From Lepidodermella squamata (lineage: Eukaryota > Animalia > Gastrotricha): 64,000 nucleotides of DNA. The notes under the pieces are model-generated. The model ran no database searches and had not been told where the DNA came from. It saw nothing but the letters and a program-made list of their open reading frames with translations. The number at the start of each line of letters is the position of its first letter. Positions within the stretch are counted from its first letter, which is position 1. The position numbers and the translations under genes were made by a program. This document shows, piece by piece, positions 63,242-64,000 of the stretch. The stretch is taken from contig JBLDXI010000013.1 in assembly GCA_047495785.1 (NCBI GenBank), forward strand, positions 2,790,001-2,854,000. Direction: 5' to 3'.

Positions 63242-63963
63242 CTACTGCAGATTACAAGCAACACTGCTGGTTGGCTTGTCACCAACAAGAACCTTCAATT
63301 CGTTTGCCATAGCTGGCTCTTCTTTTTTGTTCTTCTTTTTCATAGCTGAAGGCGGCGGCTAGAATATAAAATTGAATTTCGAATCTCAAATCGAAAAGTA
63401 GCTGGACGGCAACCTACCGCATTTTTCAAAATTCCGCCTTTAGCTGCTGGTGGTGTTGGGGAAACAACTTCCTCCTCAGAATCGTCGTCATCGTCGTCAC
63501 TCTACACGAGAAACGAATCAAAGCTTAACTCCAGATTTGAGCATCCTATTTTACCTCGCTGTCCATCTTCTTTCCAGTGGCTCGCATAAGCTGGGAGACT
63601 CAAATTTTATAAATAATGTGGCTAATACGTAAAGGCTTACGGCATTTAACTTCATCACTCTAGCTGCAAGTTTTTCTGAAGCTCCAGTTATAATCGCTCG
63701 AACGGTTTTGTAGAAGCCTTCGTAACCAGATCGATCACCTTTTCCTCGAGATTCCCATTCATCAACAAGGTTCTTGAAAAAAATTTCAAGTTCATCGAGT
63801 CAAAAAGGCGAAGTCAAACCTTTATGCGACGCTCGCGTTCTTGATATCGATGAATTTTCCGGTTCAGTAAAATGATCTCTTGCTTGTAAAGAGCTGCTTG
63901 TCGTCCTTCATCATCGTCATCCCGCGATGCAGCAACGGCAACGACCAGACCCTCGTCAGTGGA
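63242..63963 (-). CDS. 3' exons of an unidentified protein with coiled-coil, acidic tract, basic patch and CaaX end; continues beyond right edge
   Basis: Five phase-0 exons with about 50-nt GT-AG introns splice to STDEG...RKIHRYQERERRIK|NLVDEW...|LMRATGKKMDSE|SDDDDDDSEEE...|PPPSAMKKKNKKEE...SSVACNLQ*. Confidence 0.75.
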
Positions 63964-64000
63964 CTAAAACGATGCGGTAACAAATATCGATTTATAATCA

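Overview
Gene-dense eukaryotic (invertebrate animal) genomic DNA with mostly 50-60 nt GT-AG introns, so the ORF track shows only gene fragments. I assembled the exon models below by eye. From left to right the window holds: a very large secreted Sushi/CCP-repeat gene (at least 36 modules, with a Thr-rich mucin-like segment, running off the left edge); a divergently transcribed 12-CCP gene; a micro-exon CAP/SCP gene; a rho-like GST with an in-frame TAG; and a Ly6/uPAR gene with a GC-AG intron. A co-oriented minus-strand run MMUT-RNGTT-NPEPL1 follows, with NPEPL1 introns swollen by TE remnants (GIY-YIG/Penelope-like, pogo fragment, MITE). Next is a TE-rich spacer with a strongly structured RNA-like segment (HDV-ribozyme-like core) and a non-autonomous MULE carrying an OTU fragment. 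Four DUF229 paralogs are bracketed by two ATG8/GABARAP genes, one lacking the canonical C-terminal Phe-Gly. The window ends with a tight run GALM-SIRT5-HSPA13 and the 3' end of an unknown CaaX protein. The most notable signals are operon-like spacing with splice acceptors just upstream of start codons (possible SL trans-splicing), the atypical ATG8, the HDV-like RNA, and alternative terminal exons in the giant Sushi gene. The species cannot be determined from the sequence alone.
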